The notes under the pieces were generated by a model. It did no database searches, was not told the origin of the DNA, and saw nothing but the letters and a program-made list of their open reading frames with translations. A stretch of 64,000 nt of DNA from Methanotrichaceae archaeon (GTDB lineage: Archaea; Halobacteriota; Methanosarcinia; Methanotrichales; Methanotrichaceae), in NCBI GenBank assembly GCA_963748825.1, contig CAVVKN010000003.1, positions 1-64,000 on the forward strand. Direction: 5' to 3'. The translations under genes were made by a program, and so were the position numbers. Each line of letters starts with the position of its first letter. Positions within the stretch are counted from its first letter, which is position 1. Below, in pieces: positions 41,660 through 51,527 of this stretch.

Positions 41660-42151
41660 TTAGATATTCTCTCCCTGATATTTTCCCGAGTACATCTTCT
41701 CTGCCTCTTTTTCCAGCCGCAGGAATACCAGTTGCATCAGCCGGGCGTTCTTCTTCAGCCGCAATCCATGGGGATTGTAGACCACCAGCAGGCTCTGGCT
41801 CCTGCCCCTGTAGCCTGGGTCCCAAAGTGCCGTCTCCAGGCTGGCCCCGCAGCGCAGAAGCGTGGAGCGGGCGCGGGCCAGGGCGGCCACATCTTTGGGA
41901 ATGTTCACGATCTCATTGAAGGTCACCAGGTAGGAGCCCGCGGGCAGATCGATCCAGCCCGACGCACCAAAATCCATCGGCTCGGTCTGGGGCAGCACTC
42001 TCTCAATGTTATCAAAGGCTACCGTCCCGGCGGATGTGAAGCGTTCGATCTTTTGCAGCGTCAGCTCCATGCCGCACATCTGCGTTTGAGTCTCGGGGTC
42101 GATCATGGATTCGAGGAGGCCGCGCGCCTCGCTGCCGGTAAGAATGGTCAT
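41660..42151 (-). CDS. dut: Archaeal dUTPase / dCTP deaminase family protein
   Basis: RSTLLRCG, WDPGY.GRS, ARL.QL.F, Y.GKYQGE. Confidence 0.85.
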   Translation of the reverse strand: MTILTGSEARGLLESMIDPETQTQMCGMELTLQKIERFTSAGTVAFDNIERVLPQTEPMDFGASGWIDLPAGSYLVTFNEIVNIPKDVAALARARSTLLRCGASLETALWDPGYRGRSQSLLVVYNPHGLRLKKNARLMQLVFLRLEKEAEKMYSGKYQGENI

Positions 42152-42197
42152 CTTAAAACACCTTGCAAAGCTCTATTAACTACCACAGATAACTTAT

Positions 42198-42972
42198 TTG
42201 CGGGTGCTAAAGCTGTTCGAACTTCTCTTCCTGCCTTTGACCATCGTCGTCATGCTGCTTATATTGGTCGCGCCCCTCATCTTCATCTACCTCTTTCTCC
42301 GGCTCTCTGAGACCGCCTTTGAGATGGTGGGCTTCAGCCACTGGCACGCCACCCTGGCAGTCTTCGGCTCCATTTTGGGAAGCCTGGTAGACTTTCCCCT
42401 CCATTCCGATCCCATCTCCACCTACCCGGACTGGTACGCGACTCTGCTTAGCCTGTATTCTCAAGACGCTGCCGCCACCTTTCATCCCCTCTACCTGGCC
42501 GTCAACCTGGGTGGGTGCATCATTCCCCTGCTCATCTCCGCCCACCTTCTTTTGCGCGGCCAGGCCAGCCTCAAAAAGGCCCTGCTGGGCATGGCCGTGG
42601 TGGCAGTCATCACCTATTGGGCAGCCCAGGCCATTCCAGGCGAGGGCATTGCCCTGCCCATCTGGCTCTCGCCCCTTTTAGCGGCTGCTCATGGGCCTGC
42701 TCCTGGCACGCGGCTTTCGCCGCGCTCCGCCCCTCGCCTACATCAGCGGCACCCTGGGAACGCTGATTGGAGCAGACCTCTTCAGCCTGCTCACCCCCGG
42801 AATACTCCCCGCTCTTTCACCGCTGGAGCTGCACCAGGCCAAGCCCCTGGTTCTCTCCATCGGCGGAGCCGGAGTCTTCGACGGCATATTCCTAACGGGC
42901 ATCATTGCCGTGCTTCTGGCAGCTGGAATCGTCTGCCTCTTGCGAGGAAACTGCAAGGAAGTGGGGAGATGA
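42198..42972 (+). CDS. DUF1614-family membrane protein, split by a +1 frameshift near 42685-42690
   Basis: AVNLGGCIIP, then AYISGTLGTLIGADL and SIGGAGVFDGIFLTG in the next frame. Confidence 0.83.
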
Positions 42973-43020
42973 TAGATGAGAAAAAAGAGCGGGAAAAAAT
43001 AGCGCCTGCTCTCAAATTAT

Positions 43021-43680
43021 TTATGGATCGGAAAGATACTGGAGCAGGAATGGTGTGCCCGGATAGTTGTTATCTATCGTCCCCAACGAGAAATCCTTAC
43101 CAAAATGATATTGTGATGCCGATTTAGGAATAACAATCCCATTCTGGTAATTCATAATATGAGCACCTACGGGATTGTACTGAAGCATAACGGGATCACT
43201 TGAGATCTCTCTCGAGAGAGAAATAGGCGCTGCACGGGGTATGAATCGGATTGATGGTGCGCGAGTGTTCGTTTGAGGCATAACATAAGCAGGCGCAGCC
43301 GACGGTGAAGGGCAATCATTTGGTGCATAAGTGCCTTCTACATCAATTACCACCGGGTTGCTTTCCTTGCCATTTATGACATAGGACAATACGTGTCTCC
43401 CTGGTGTATTTGCATAGAAAGGCAGACGATCGTAACCCATGAAGTAATAGCAGTAGTTATGCGTGCTTCCATCTGGATATTGATCATAAAGTGTGCCGTC
43501 GCCTTCTTTTGTAGCTAGCACCACAAGAAAAGCGGTTGATCCCTGGGCAACTTCGAGATGCTTTGTCCAGCCATCTGGTCCCTCTATCCGCAGGCTGTTT
43601 CCTGCTGTCCCTTGGACTGTAGAACAACATAGCAAAAAAACTGATATTAATATTATAGGATGCAGTAGATTTCTTTTCAT
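43021..43680 (-). CDS. Hypothetical secreted protein
   Basis: Signal peptide; FYA.TPGRHVL.Y.ING.ESN.V.IDV Ig-like motif. Confidence 0.75.
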   Translation of the reverse strand: MKRNLLHPIILISVFLLCCSTVQGTAGNSLRIEGPDGWTKHLEVAQGSTAFLVVLATKEGDGTLYDQYPDGSTHNYCYYFMGYDRLPFYANTPGRHVLSYVINGKESNPVVIDVEGTYAPNDCPSPSAAPAYVMPQTNTRAPSIRFIPRAAPISLSREISSDPVMLQYNPVGAHIMNYQNGIVIPKSASQYHFGKDFSLGTIDNNYPGTPFLLQYLSDP

Positions 43681-43956
43681 AATTTCTTCCCTCAGATCCG
43701 AATACTCTTGCTCATTAACTAACTATGAATGTACCTCATACTATTTTAAAAATTAGGTTCCTAAATTACCCCACCTATGTCAAGAATACTCTAAAATTGA
43801 GTTCGCCCCTAATTCAGGCATATTTAAGATGAATTATGAGCATGGCCATCTCTTCGACTAAAATGAGCATTTTCATTTGCCCTTTGTCGTTATATTTATA
43901 GCATCTTAGATACCGCTTTCTAATACCCGAAAAGGAATTTCAACCAGTAAAAACGA

Positions 43957-44031
43957 TGCTCCCGTCGGGATTTGAACCCGAGTCGAAGGAGTGAGAGTCC
44001 TTCATGATTGGCCGAGCTACACTACAGGAGC
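43957..44031 (-). tRNA. tRNA-Glu(CTC)
   Basis: GCTCCTG...AAGGA-CT-CTC-AC-TCCTT...GGTTCAAATCC...CGGGAGC-A cloverleaf; CCA not encoded. Confidence 0.96.
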
Positions 44032-44059
44032 GCGGACTTTGGGTGGTTTCTTCTATCAT

Positions 44060-44722
44060 TTAAGGCTTTTGGCCCTGCAAGTAATAGCCGCAACAATTAC
44101 GCAGGGCACACTCTTCGTGCCTGGGCAACCGCGCCCGACAAATGAGCCTACCGTGCGTTATCAGGTTCAGATGCAGGGAGAGATACTTCTCCACAGGAAC
44201 GATCCGCTCTAAAATTGGCTGCGCCTTTTCCGGCCTGACATCCTCGGCCAGCAGCCCCAGCCGGCGCGAGACGCGATAGACGTGTGTGTCCACAGGCAGG
44301 AAAGGCATAGAAAAGGCGAAGAGGAGCACCACGGATGCCGTCTTGGGGCCCACGCCGGGCAGGGATATCAGATATGCCATGGCCTCTTTCTTGCCCATAT
44401 CAGCCAGAAAGGAGAGGGAGATCGCCCCCGCATCCTGCTTGATCCTGACAAGAGCCTCTTTTATGCGGCGGGCTTTTATCTCCGCCAGACCGCCAGGGCG
44501 AATCGCGTCGGCCACCGCTTCATCCGAGGCGGCGAGGGCCTTCTCGTAGTTGCAAAAAGCGCCCTTCAAGAGGGCAAAGGCTCGCAAGCTGTTGGTATCG
44601 CTGGTGTTCTGAGAGAGGATTGTCATGACCAGCAGATCCACTGGATCGATCCCGTCCGGCTGGGGCACTCCGTATTCATTCTCCAGGATGGCAATGCATT
44701 TCGCGACTTTTGACTCGTCCAT
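44060..44722 (-). CDS. nth: Endonuclease III-family HhH-GPD glycosylase
   Basis: TILSQNT.D, LPGVGPKTA, PVDTHV.R; Fe-S motif reads C-x6-H-x2-C-x5-C. Confidence 0.88.
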   Translation of the reverse strand: MDESKVAKCIAILENEYGVPQPDGIDPVDLLVMTILSQNTSDTNSLRAFALLKGAFCNYEKALAASDEAVADAIRPGGLAEIKARRIKEALVRIKQDAGAISLSFLADMGKKEAMAYLISLPGVGPKTASVVLLFAFSMPFLPVDTHVYRVSRRLGLLAEDVRPEKAQPILERIVPVEKYLSLHLNLITHGRLICRARLPRHEECALRNCCGYYLQGQKP

Positions 44723-44825
44723 CCCTCATTGGGATACAGTCTCTCGCCTTAAAGCTTGGCTAGATGTTCTGATGCCTTGATAAAGAGCCAAAATTGTTAA
44801 CTAGACAGCTTGCAAAAAATGCACC

Positions 44826-46070
44826 ATGGACTTTGCCGATATCTACCCATTTCTCGTTGCGCTGCTCATAGGCGCTCTCATCGGCACGGAGCGCCAGCGC
44901 CGGCTGGTTGAAGATAAAGTCCGGGGCGTGGCGGGCCTACGCACCTTCGTCTTGATCGCCCTGCTGGGGTCACTGTGCTCCTCCCTGGCCGCCCATTACG
45001 GCCCCGGCTTTGCCATAGCATCCATGGCCACCTTCACCATCCTCGTGGCCGTGGGATATGCATCCTCGATCAGTACTCTGGGCAGAGTCGATTTCACAGC
45101 CGCGGTAGCTGCCGTCGTCACCTTTGCTCTGGGAATGCTCACGAGCTTTCCCGATAGCATGCTCTTGGCTGTGGCTCTGTCCATTATCACCACCTGGGTC
45201 CTGGCCACGCGAACCATCACCCACCACTATGTGGAAGTCCTGAGCGAGACGGATCTGCTCGATACCCTCAAGATGGGCATAATCGCCCTGATCATCTACC
45301 CACTCTTGCCCGAGACACCTCTGGGCCCATGGGGTGTGCTCAACCCCCGCCAGATCTGGCTCTTTGTGGTGCTGGTGAGCCTCATAGGTTACGCGGGCTA
45401 CATTGCGATCCGCATCCTGGGGGCGGAGAGAGGCCTCGGCCTTACCGGCATCCTGGGCGGCCTGGTTTCCAGTACTGCCGTCACCTCCTCCATGGCCGCG
45501 GAGGTAAAGGTGAACCCCGCGATACTGCCCTCTGCCGTCTTCGCCACCGCCATCGCGAGCTGCACCATGTTCCCCAGAATACTCTTCGTTGTGCTGGTAG
45601 TAAACAGGGATCTCTTCTTCGCCCTTCTGCCCCATCTCCTGCTCATGACCTTGGTGGGCTCGGCTCTAGCCTATCTGCTGGTCAGAAAGAACGCCCCGCT
45701 GGGAAAGGATGTGCAGGTGAAAGATCCCTTCCGCATCATTCCCGCGCTGAAGTTCGGCGCATTCTTCGCCTTTGTGCTGATAGTATCCAAGCTGGCCAAT
45801 GTTTACTTCGGCGATGCGGGAATTTATGCAGCCGGCATAGTCTCCGGCCTAGCTGATGTCGATGCCATTGCTCTCACCATGGCCTCTCTGGCCGGGTCGA
45901 CCGTCGCTTCCGCCGTGGCAGTCACCACCATCACCCTGGCCGCCATAACCAACACTTTGGTCAAGCTCTTCATAGCTTATATTCTGGGTACAAGGGAGTT
46001 TGGCAACAAGATGGCGGTGATCTTCCTGCCAACGGTACTGGTGGGGCTCGTTGCCCTATTCTTGCTCTGA
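44826..46070 (+). CDS. MgtC/SapB plus DUF4010 membrane protein
   Basis: GALIG.ERQ, AGLRTF, GGLVSSTAVT, SGLADVDAI. Confidence 0.88.
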   Translation: MDFADIYPFLVALLIGALIGTERQRRLVEDKVRGVAGLRTFVLIALLGSLCSSLAAHYGPGFAIASMATFTILVAVGYASSISTLGRVDFTAAVAAVVTFALGMLTSFPDSMLLAVALSIITTWVLATRTITHHYVEVLSETDLLDTLKMGIIALIIYPLLPETPLGPWGVLNPRQIWLFVVLVSLIGYAGYIAIRILGAERGLGLTGILGGLVSSTAVTSSMAAEVKVNPAILPSAVFATAIASCTMFPRILFVVLVVNRDLFFALLPHLLLMTLVGSALAYLLVRKNAPLGKDVQVKDPFRIIPALKFGAFFAFVLIVSKLANVYFGDAGIYAAGIVSGLADVDAIALTMASLAGSTVASAVAVTTITLAAITNTLVKLFIAYILGTREFGNKMAVIFLPTVLVGLVALFLL

Positions 46071-46161
46071 ATTTCCCAGGCGAAAATGAGTGCGCCATGA
46101 AAAACAAGGGTAAGATAGTTCGAAACCATTTTGTTATAACCAGCGTCTAACGACGTTTTCA

Positions 46162-46200
46162 ACCACAGAGACACCACAGTTCACAGAGGACGCACAGAGT
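46162..46200. repeat. Cluster of four CACAG(AG) units
   Basis: accacagagacaccacagttcacagaggacgcacagag. Confidence 0.6.
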
Positions 46201-46277
46201 GACTAACTAACAACTAAAAACATAGTAACCTGAGGTTAGCCTCTGGAAATAACGAAGAGCGAAAACGATTGATGATA

Positions 46278-46351
46278 TGGGCCCGACGCGATTCGAACGC
46301 GTGATCCCCGCCGTGTAAGGGCGATGTCATAACCAGCTAGACCACGGGCCC
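46278..46351 (-). tRNA. tRNA-Val(TAC)
   Basis: GGGCCCG...TCGCC-CT-TAC-AC-GGCGG...GTTCGAATC...CGGGCCC-A cloverleaf. Confidence 0.96.
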
Positions 46352-46552
46352 TGCGCCTTCCAATATCTCCTCGTCATATTAGATCTTATCGCTCCTATGC
46401 CTTCGCTGTGTAGTCCCGAAAGCTTTGACTTTATATACCCACCAATGTGGCATGGGAAAGAAGAATAAAGCTGCAAAGCTGAATGATAGCACATTTGAAG
46501 TAGGATCGGAGGGGCCAACAAAAATATCTTCTTTAAGCACTTACTGGATCCT

Positions 46553-47212
46553 ATGAGATTGATGACATCTGCACAATGTAAGCCGACTGCAGAAGATTGG
46601 TTCAACAAAAGCGTTGTTCTCTATGACCAGGGTAACTATGCTGATGCCATTAAAGCTTTGGACGAGGCCATCAAACTAGCCCCCAGCGATCCCAACAATG
46701 CCATAGCATGGAACAACAAAGGTCTTGCTCAATATTGCCAGGGCGAGTACGGTGAAGCCGTCAAAGCCTATGAAGAGGCCATCAGGCTCAATCCCAAGGA
46801 AGCCGATGCCTGGATTGGCAAAGGCAGTGCTCTCGGTAAGCAGGGCAAGTACGACGAGGCCGTCAAGGCTTATGAAGAAGCCATCAGGTTAGATCCCAAA
46901 CATGCAATGGCCTGGTACAACAAGGGCAATGCTCTCGATGAGCAGGGCAAGTACGATGAGGCTATCAAAGCCTTTGATGAAGCCATCCGGCTAGATCCAA
47001 ACGATGCCGTAGTCTGGAACAACAAAGGCGTTGCTCTACATAGCCAGGGCAAGTACGATGAGGCTATCAAAGCCTATGAAGAGGCCATTAGACTGGATCA
47101 AAATGATGTCGCAGCCTGGAACAACAAAGGCGTTGCTCTTGAAGCATTAGGCAAGACAACAGAAGCTAATGCTGCTTTCGCCAGAGCCAAAAAGCTGGGG
47201 TATAGCGGATAG
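46553..47212 (+). CDS. Tetratricopeptide repeat protein (34-aa repeats)
   Basis: About 6 repeats of AW.NKG.AL..QGKYDEAIKAY.EAIRLDP. Confidence 0.92.
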   Translation: MRLMTSAQCKPTAEDWFNKSVVLYDQGNYADAIKALDEAIKLAPSDPNNAIAWNNKGLAQYCQGEYGEAVKAYEEAIRLNPKEADAWIGKGSALGKQGKYDEAVKAYEEAIRLDPKHAMAWYNKGNALDEQGKYDEAIKAFDEAIRLDPNDAVVWNNKGVALHSQGKYDEAIKAYEEAIRLDQNDVAAWNNKGVALEALGKTTEANAAFARAKKLGYSG

Positions 47213-47393
47213 GGTTCAGTTCTATCCTCTTTTTCCGTTTGCTTCCTGGCATGAAGGCGACAAGGTGCAAAATGTCTACCTTGGTGGTGCCAGGAAACTG
47301 AAAGCGAGGTCATGGCGAGCTTAATGGTAATCTTAAAGCTATAAAAAATTTGGAAGAAAGAAAAAGACCTGCTGCCTGGCCGGATATTTCGGC

Positions 47394-48938
47394 TCAGGCC
47401 TTCTTGCGATCCCGGATGAACATGCCGGTGCTCGTCTCATCCAGCAACTTCTCGGACGGTTTTTTGGTCATCAGGCTGACTACAATCATGGCAGCCAGCG
47501 ATAGCGCAAATCCGTATATGCTGGGGTGCATGGGCATGGGTGCGATGAATTTGGCGTAATAGCTGAAGGCAAATACACCCACCAGCCCCAAAATCATAGA
47601 GGCGAGAGCGCCCTCGCGTGTCGCCCGCCGCCAGTACAGCCCGGCAAATAGGGGCGTTACAAAGCAGGCCAGCATCACGCCAATGGCCATCCAGATCAGC
47701 CAGGCCAAAAGCTCCGGCGGATTGGACCAGGCCAAATAGAGCGTAATGACCGTGGAAAGCCCAATGGCCACCCGGCTGAGCAGGGTGATCGATTTCTCAG
47801 ACGCATCCTTGTTGATGAACTGCTTGTAGACATCCCAGCCCACGTAGCTGCCAATGGTCAGCATGAGCCGGTCCGTCGTGGACATGACTGCAGATAATAC
47901 TATTATGGCCACAATGGGCGCGAAGATGGCCGGAAAGACATACTCCGCCGCCACAATGAAGCTGTAGTCGGAAGGATTGGCAACACCCGTGGGCAGCGAG
48001 ATCATATTTTCGCTGACCATAGATCGAGCCGCAAAGCCGGTGATCTTGCACAGGTACATGATCACGGCATAAATTACGAAGGCTGCCAGCGGAGCCCACT
48101 TGAAGTACTTGATGTCTCTTGCTGCCAGGACGTTGTTGACGACGTGCGGAGCTGCCGCCAGCCCGAAGGTGAGCAGGAAGAAGAACGATACCAGGTACTC
48201 GGGCGTCATGAAGGCGTACTTGGCATAAGGCGGATGCACTTGCGGATACCAGAGATGCGTCATGTTCACATCTATGCTCGCCAGGACGACGTTGATGTGC
48301 TCCAGTCCCCCCGCCGCAGCAATGACTACCGGCCCCACGAGCAACACTCCTGCCAGTATCATTATTCCCTGCACCAGGGCGGCCATGCCTACGGCGTAAA
48401 GGCCACCAAGGATTGTGTAAGCCATGACTATGACCGCTCCGATCACTAGAGACCACTCATAGGGGATCTTGAAGAGCCATGACAGGACCATGCTGATGGA
48501 GACGTATTGCCCCACCAGGTAGATGATGGAGATGAGGACACCGATTATGGCCGATGTGCCGCGAATACCTCTCGGGCTGTAGAAGCGGTGAGCGAAGTAG
48601 TCCTGCACCGTCACGTAGCCCGTTCTAGAGGCGACAGAGTGCAGCTTGGTTCCGAAGAACAGTATGCAGACCGCAGCCGAGAGCGGCACAAAGATCTGCT
48701 CCCAGATGCTGGGCCAGCCTGCGGCGTAACCGAGACCGGCGACACCCAGGATGGTCATGCCGCTGCAGATGCTGGCTACTACCAGTAGAGTAAAAGTCCA
48801 AAAGCCCAGATTCCTTCCAGCTACCAGGAAATCCGCTGAGTTCTTGATCTTCTTTGAGGCTATGGCTCCGATGGCCATCAGGCCAACGAAATACAGGATT
48901 ATAATAATAGTTCCAATAAAGTCCAAGCCCATCACCAC
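47394..48938 (-). CDS. Sodium:solute symporter (SSS/SLC5, PutP-like)
   Basis: DFLVAGR, YT.LGGL.AV, SAVMST.D, GLYWRRA..GA; about 13 TM segments. Confidence 0.92.
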   Translation of the reverse strand: MVMGLDFIGTIIIILYFVGLMAIGAIASKKIKNSADFLVAGRNLGFWTFTLLVVASICSGMTILGVAGLGYAAGWPSIWEQIFVPLSAAVCILFFGTKLHSVASRTGYVTVQDYFAHRFYSPRGIRGTSAIIGVLISIIYLVGQYVSISMVLSWLFKIPYEWSLVIGAVIVMAYTILGGLYAVGMAALVQGIMILAGVLLVGPVVIAAAGGLEHINVVLASIDVNMTHLWYPQVHPPYAKYAFMTPEYLVSFFFLLTFGLAAAPHVVNNVLAARDIKYFKWAPLAAFVIYAVIMYLCKITGFAARSMVSENMISLPTGVANPSDYSFIVAAEYVFPAIFAPIVAIIVLSAVMSTTDRLMLTIGSYVGWDVYKQFINKDASEKSITLLSRVAIGLSTVITLYLAWSNPPELLAWLIWMAIGVMLACFVTPLFAGLYWRRATREGALASMILGLVGVFAFSYYAKFIAPMPMHPSIYGFALSLAAMIVVSLMTKKPSEKLLDETSTGMFIRDRKKA

Positions 48939-49027
48939 CGGAGAGCCCAGAGCAAGAGCAATAGTGAGATGGCTACGGGCACAATTATGACTCCAATAAA
49001 GGTATCAGTAGGTAACCCAATGATCAA
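48932..49027 (-). CDS. Small single-TM protein coupled to the SSS gene
   Basis: GGAGG then TTG 49027: MIIGLPTDTFIGVIIVPVAISLLLLLWALRW; overlaps the symporter start; alternative ATG at 49042. Confidence 0.65.
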   Translation of the reverse strand: MIIGLPTDTFIGVIIVPVAISLLLLLWALRW

Positions 49028-49115
49028 ATAGAATCCCTCCATGATTGTTACGTGATAGCATGTTACAAATTGGCATGTTATAAAGCTTTTTGATCTCAAG
49101 TGAGAAACTTTTATA

Positions 49116-49958
49116 GTGGGCATGCCTCTCTGGAAAGGGATGAGCGAGCGACTTTCCTCCCGAGGTAGCGATCTACTAAAGCTGTGCGATAATGCGGCAA
49201 AAGCCGTGGCTGCGGCTGTAGAAGAGATGGCAGGCACTGCCGCCGGCGGGCAAAATGTGAAGATGGGCGCGGACGGCACACCCACCAAGGGCATCGACCG
49301 GGCAGCAGAGAACGCAGTTCTCGATACACTGCGTGCCTCGGGCCTGGGCTTTAGAGTGCTCAGCGAGGAGATCGGCGAGGTTTTAATCGGCGAGAAGCCC
49401 GACTATTTCCTGCACCTCGATCCCCTGGACGGCACCTTCAACGCCATAGCAGGCATCCCCTTCTACTCAGTCTCCATTTACCTGAGCAAAGGCGATTTTC
49501 ATTTTGGCTATATCTCTGATCTGGCCCGGGGCGGAAGCTTCTATGCCGAAGCAGGGCGGGGCGCATATGCCCTGCCGGGTGGCCGCCTGCAAGTATCGCC
49601 CCATGCCGACCTCTCCCATTTCAGCATCTCCGCTTACACCCTGCGGCCCCATACGGGCAGGATTGCGGCCATCGGCGACACTGTGCGCCGCATTCGCACC
49701 TTAGGGAGCACCTCCCTGGAGATGGCCCTTGTCGCCTCAGGAAAGCTGGACGCCTTCGTGGATCTGCGGGGCATGATGCGGGTAGTGGATGTGGCGGCTG
49801 GAAAGATCATCCTGGAGGAGGCGGGCGGAATTGTGACCGATGCGCTGGGAAACGCGCTTCATCTTGACGGCAATATGTGGCAGAGGAAGGATCTGATCGG
49901 CTCAAACGGCCTAAAGCATGCGGACCTGCTGAGGCTCATCGGAGGCGGCCCCCATTAA
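49116..49958 (+). CDS. suhB: Inositol monophosphatase / FBPase family phosphatase
   Basis: GADGTPT..ID..AE, SEE.G, DPLDGTFN, R.LGS, D.AAG. Confidence 0.88.
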   Translation: MGMPLWKGMSERLSSRGSDLLKLCDNAAKAVAAAVEEMAGTAAGGQNVKMGADGTPTKGIDRAAENAVLDTLRASGLGFRVLSEEIGEVLIGEKPDYFLHLDPLDGTFNAIAGIPFYSVSIYLSKGDFHFGYISDLARGGSFYAEAGRGAYALPGGRLQVSPHADLSHFSISAYTLRPHTGRIAAIGDTVRRIRTLGSTSLEMALVASGKLDAFVDLRGMMRVVDVAAGKIILEEAGGIVTDALGNALHLDGNMWQRKDLIGSNGLKHADLLRLIGGGPH

Positions 49959-50778
49959 GATCGGCTTTGTCTCCCGGCAGCAGCCCGAATCCATTCGGCT
50001 GGCGCAGATGCTCATCTATCAGATCGAGTGCGAGGATAAGGGCGTCACGATATTCGTGGATGAGGACCTTGCTCTGCAAATCGGCCGGCAGGGCACAACA
50101 GTCGCGGAGATGGAGCGGCAGAAGGTGGACTTCATAGTCTCCGTAGGGGGAGACGGAACCATTCTGCGCACCATTCACAAGATGGCAGATCCGGTGCCAA
50201 TCCTGGGCATAAACATGGGCACGCTGGGCTTTCTGGTGGACGTGGAGCCCAAGGACGCCGTAGAGACGCTAAGAAGGCTTTTGTCGGGCTTTGATGTAGA
50301 TGTGCGCTCCCGGCTCAAGCTGCTCCTTAATGGGGTATGCCTGCCTCGCGCCACCAATGAGATCGCCTTTCTCACCGCCAGTCCCGCCAAGATGATCGAG
50401 TTTGAGATCATTGTGGACGGCGCTCTTATGGAGGACTTCCGGGCGGACGGGGTGATCATCGCCACCTCCACCGGCTCCACTGCCTATGCCATGTCCGCGG
50501 GTGGGCCCATCGTCGATCCGCGGGTGGACGCCATTGTGCTCGTTCCCATGGCGCCCTTCAAGCTCTCCAGCCGGCCCTGGGTGATTCCGGGTGACAGCGT
50601 CATAGAGGTTCGCCTCAAGCTGCCGGACAAGGAGGCGCTGGTGGTGGTGGACGGCCAGAGCGCGACCACCATCTCCTCCAAGGACACGGTGGTCATAAGC
50701 AAGGCCAAGACCCCTGCCAGGTTTGTGAAGGTGGGAAGAGTTGGATTTTACGCTAAGGTGAAGAGCAAGCTGACATGA
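49954..50778 (+). CDS. nadK: NAD kinase; homology extends to ATT at 49954, first ATG at 50008
   Basis: GGDGT, G.LGFL, NE, DG....T.TGSTAY.MSAGGP; N-terminal IKIGFVSR in frame. Confidence 0.92.
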   Translation: MKIGFVSRQQPESIRLAQMLIYQIECEDKGVTIFVDEDLALQIGRQGTTVAEMERQKVDFIVSVGGDGTILRTIHKMADPVPILGINMGTLGFLVDVEPKDAVETLRRLLSGFDVDVRSRLKLLLNGVCLPRATNEIAFLTASPAKMIEFEIIVDGALMEDFRADGVIIATSTGSTAYAMSAGGPIVDPRVDAIVLVPMAPFKLSSRPWVIPGDSVIEVRLKLPDKEALVVVDGQSATTISSKDTVVISKAKTPARFVKVGRVGFYAKVKSKLT

Positions 50779-50865
50779 GGCGGGGTCGCGAGACGACTGA
50801 TCTGGGTCCTTCAGTTACTCAAGGAAACAGCCAAATAGCCCAACGAACATATACTGAGAACGGAC

Positions 50866-51318
50866 ATGAAACTGGAAATCAAGATTATCGGTCCTAAAGT
50901 GCATGACGTAGGCTACAGATACTTCCTGCTCGGCATAGCCATGTCCAACAGAATCAGAATGTTCGAAGCACATAATACAAAAAGCAGCGAAGGCGAAGAA
51001 GTCGTAGTTTTTGCAGATGGTGACGAAGCGGCAATCAAAGCATTCTGTAACCAGGTAGAGACCGAACGCCCCGTTCGCTCGAAAGTGTCAAATATCGTCT
51101 TTGATGACTTCGAGGGAGAAGTCATGAAAATTGGAGAGTATGCTCAGTTCTGCGCCACAGTCCAATTAAATAAGGCTATCCCCGTACTTCTTGACCTGAG
51201 AGACAGCATGTATGAAGTAAGGAAGAATACCGCCGTCACGCCTCAAATCCTGGAAGAAATCAAAGGCTTGAGAGAGGACATTCAACCAGGATATGGGATG
51301 ACTCTTAGACAATTGTGA
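50866..51318 (+). CDS. Acylphosphatase-domain protein with helical tail
   Basis: I.GPKVHDVGYR acylphosphatase-like motif. Confidence 0.75.
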   Translation: MKLEIKIIGPKVHDVGYRYFLLGIAMSNRIRMFEAHNTKSSEGEEVVVFADGDEAAIKAFCNQVETERPVRSKVSNIVFDDFEGEVMKIGEYAQFCATVQLNKAIPVLLDLRDSMYEVRKNTAVTPQILEEIKGLREDIQPGYGMTLRQL

Positions 51319-51352
51319 GTGGATAATGTGCCTTTGTGAACAGCTGATTGTT

Positions 51353-51415
51353 CTTCGCGGCTTCGCGTGAAATTCAACAGGGTCCGGTTCCACGCGAAGG
51401 CGTGAAGCCGCGAAG
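51353..51415. repeat. REP-like palindrome built from 8-bp units
   Basis: cttcgcggcttcgcgtg (51353-51369) pairs with cacgcgaaggcgtgaagccgcgaag (51391-51415). Confidence 0.75.
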
Positions 51416-51527
51416 TTAAAACATTGGTTTATTTCGGCCTCGCTGTATTCCAGCCAGAACACTGCAGGCCATAGTCTATTTTCTTTAGAGCCTATATCTT
51501 GAAGAATCACCAAGGATCGCCATTAAC

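Noticed and set aside
43991-44212. ORFs overlapping the tRNAs (43991-44212 and 46327-46608)
   Set aside because: They overlap clear tRNA genes and real CDSs.
43957-46351. Integrated element at tRNA-Glu or tRNA-Val
   Set aside because: No integrase and no duplicated tRNA 3' end seen; the genes between them look like housekeeping genes.
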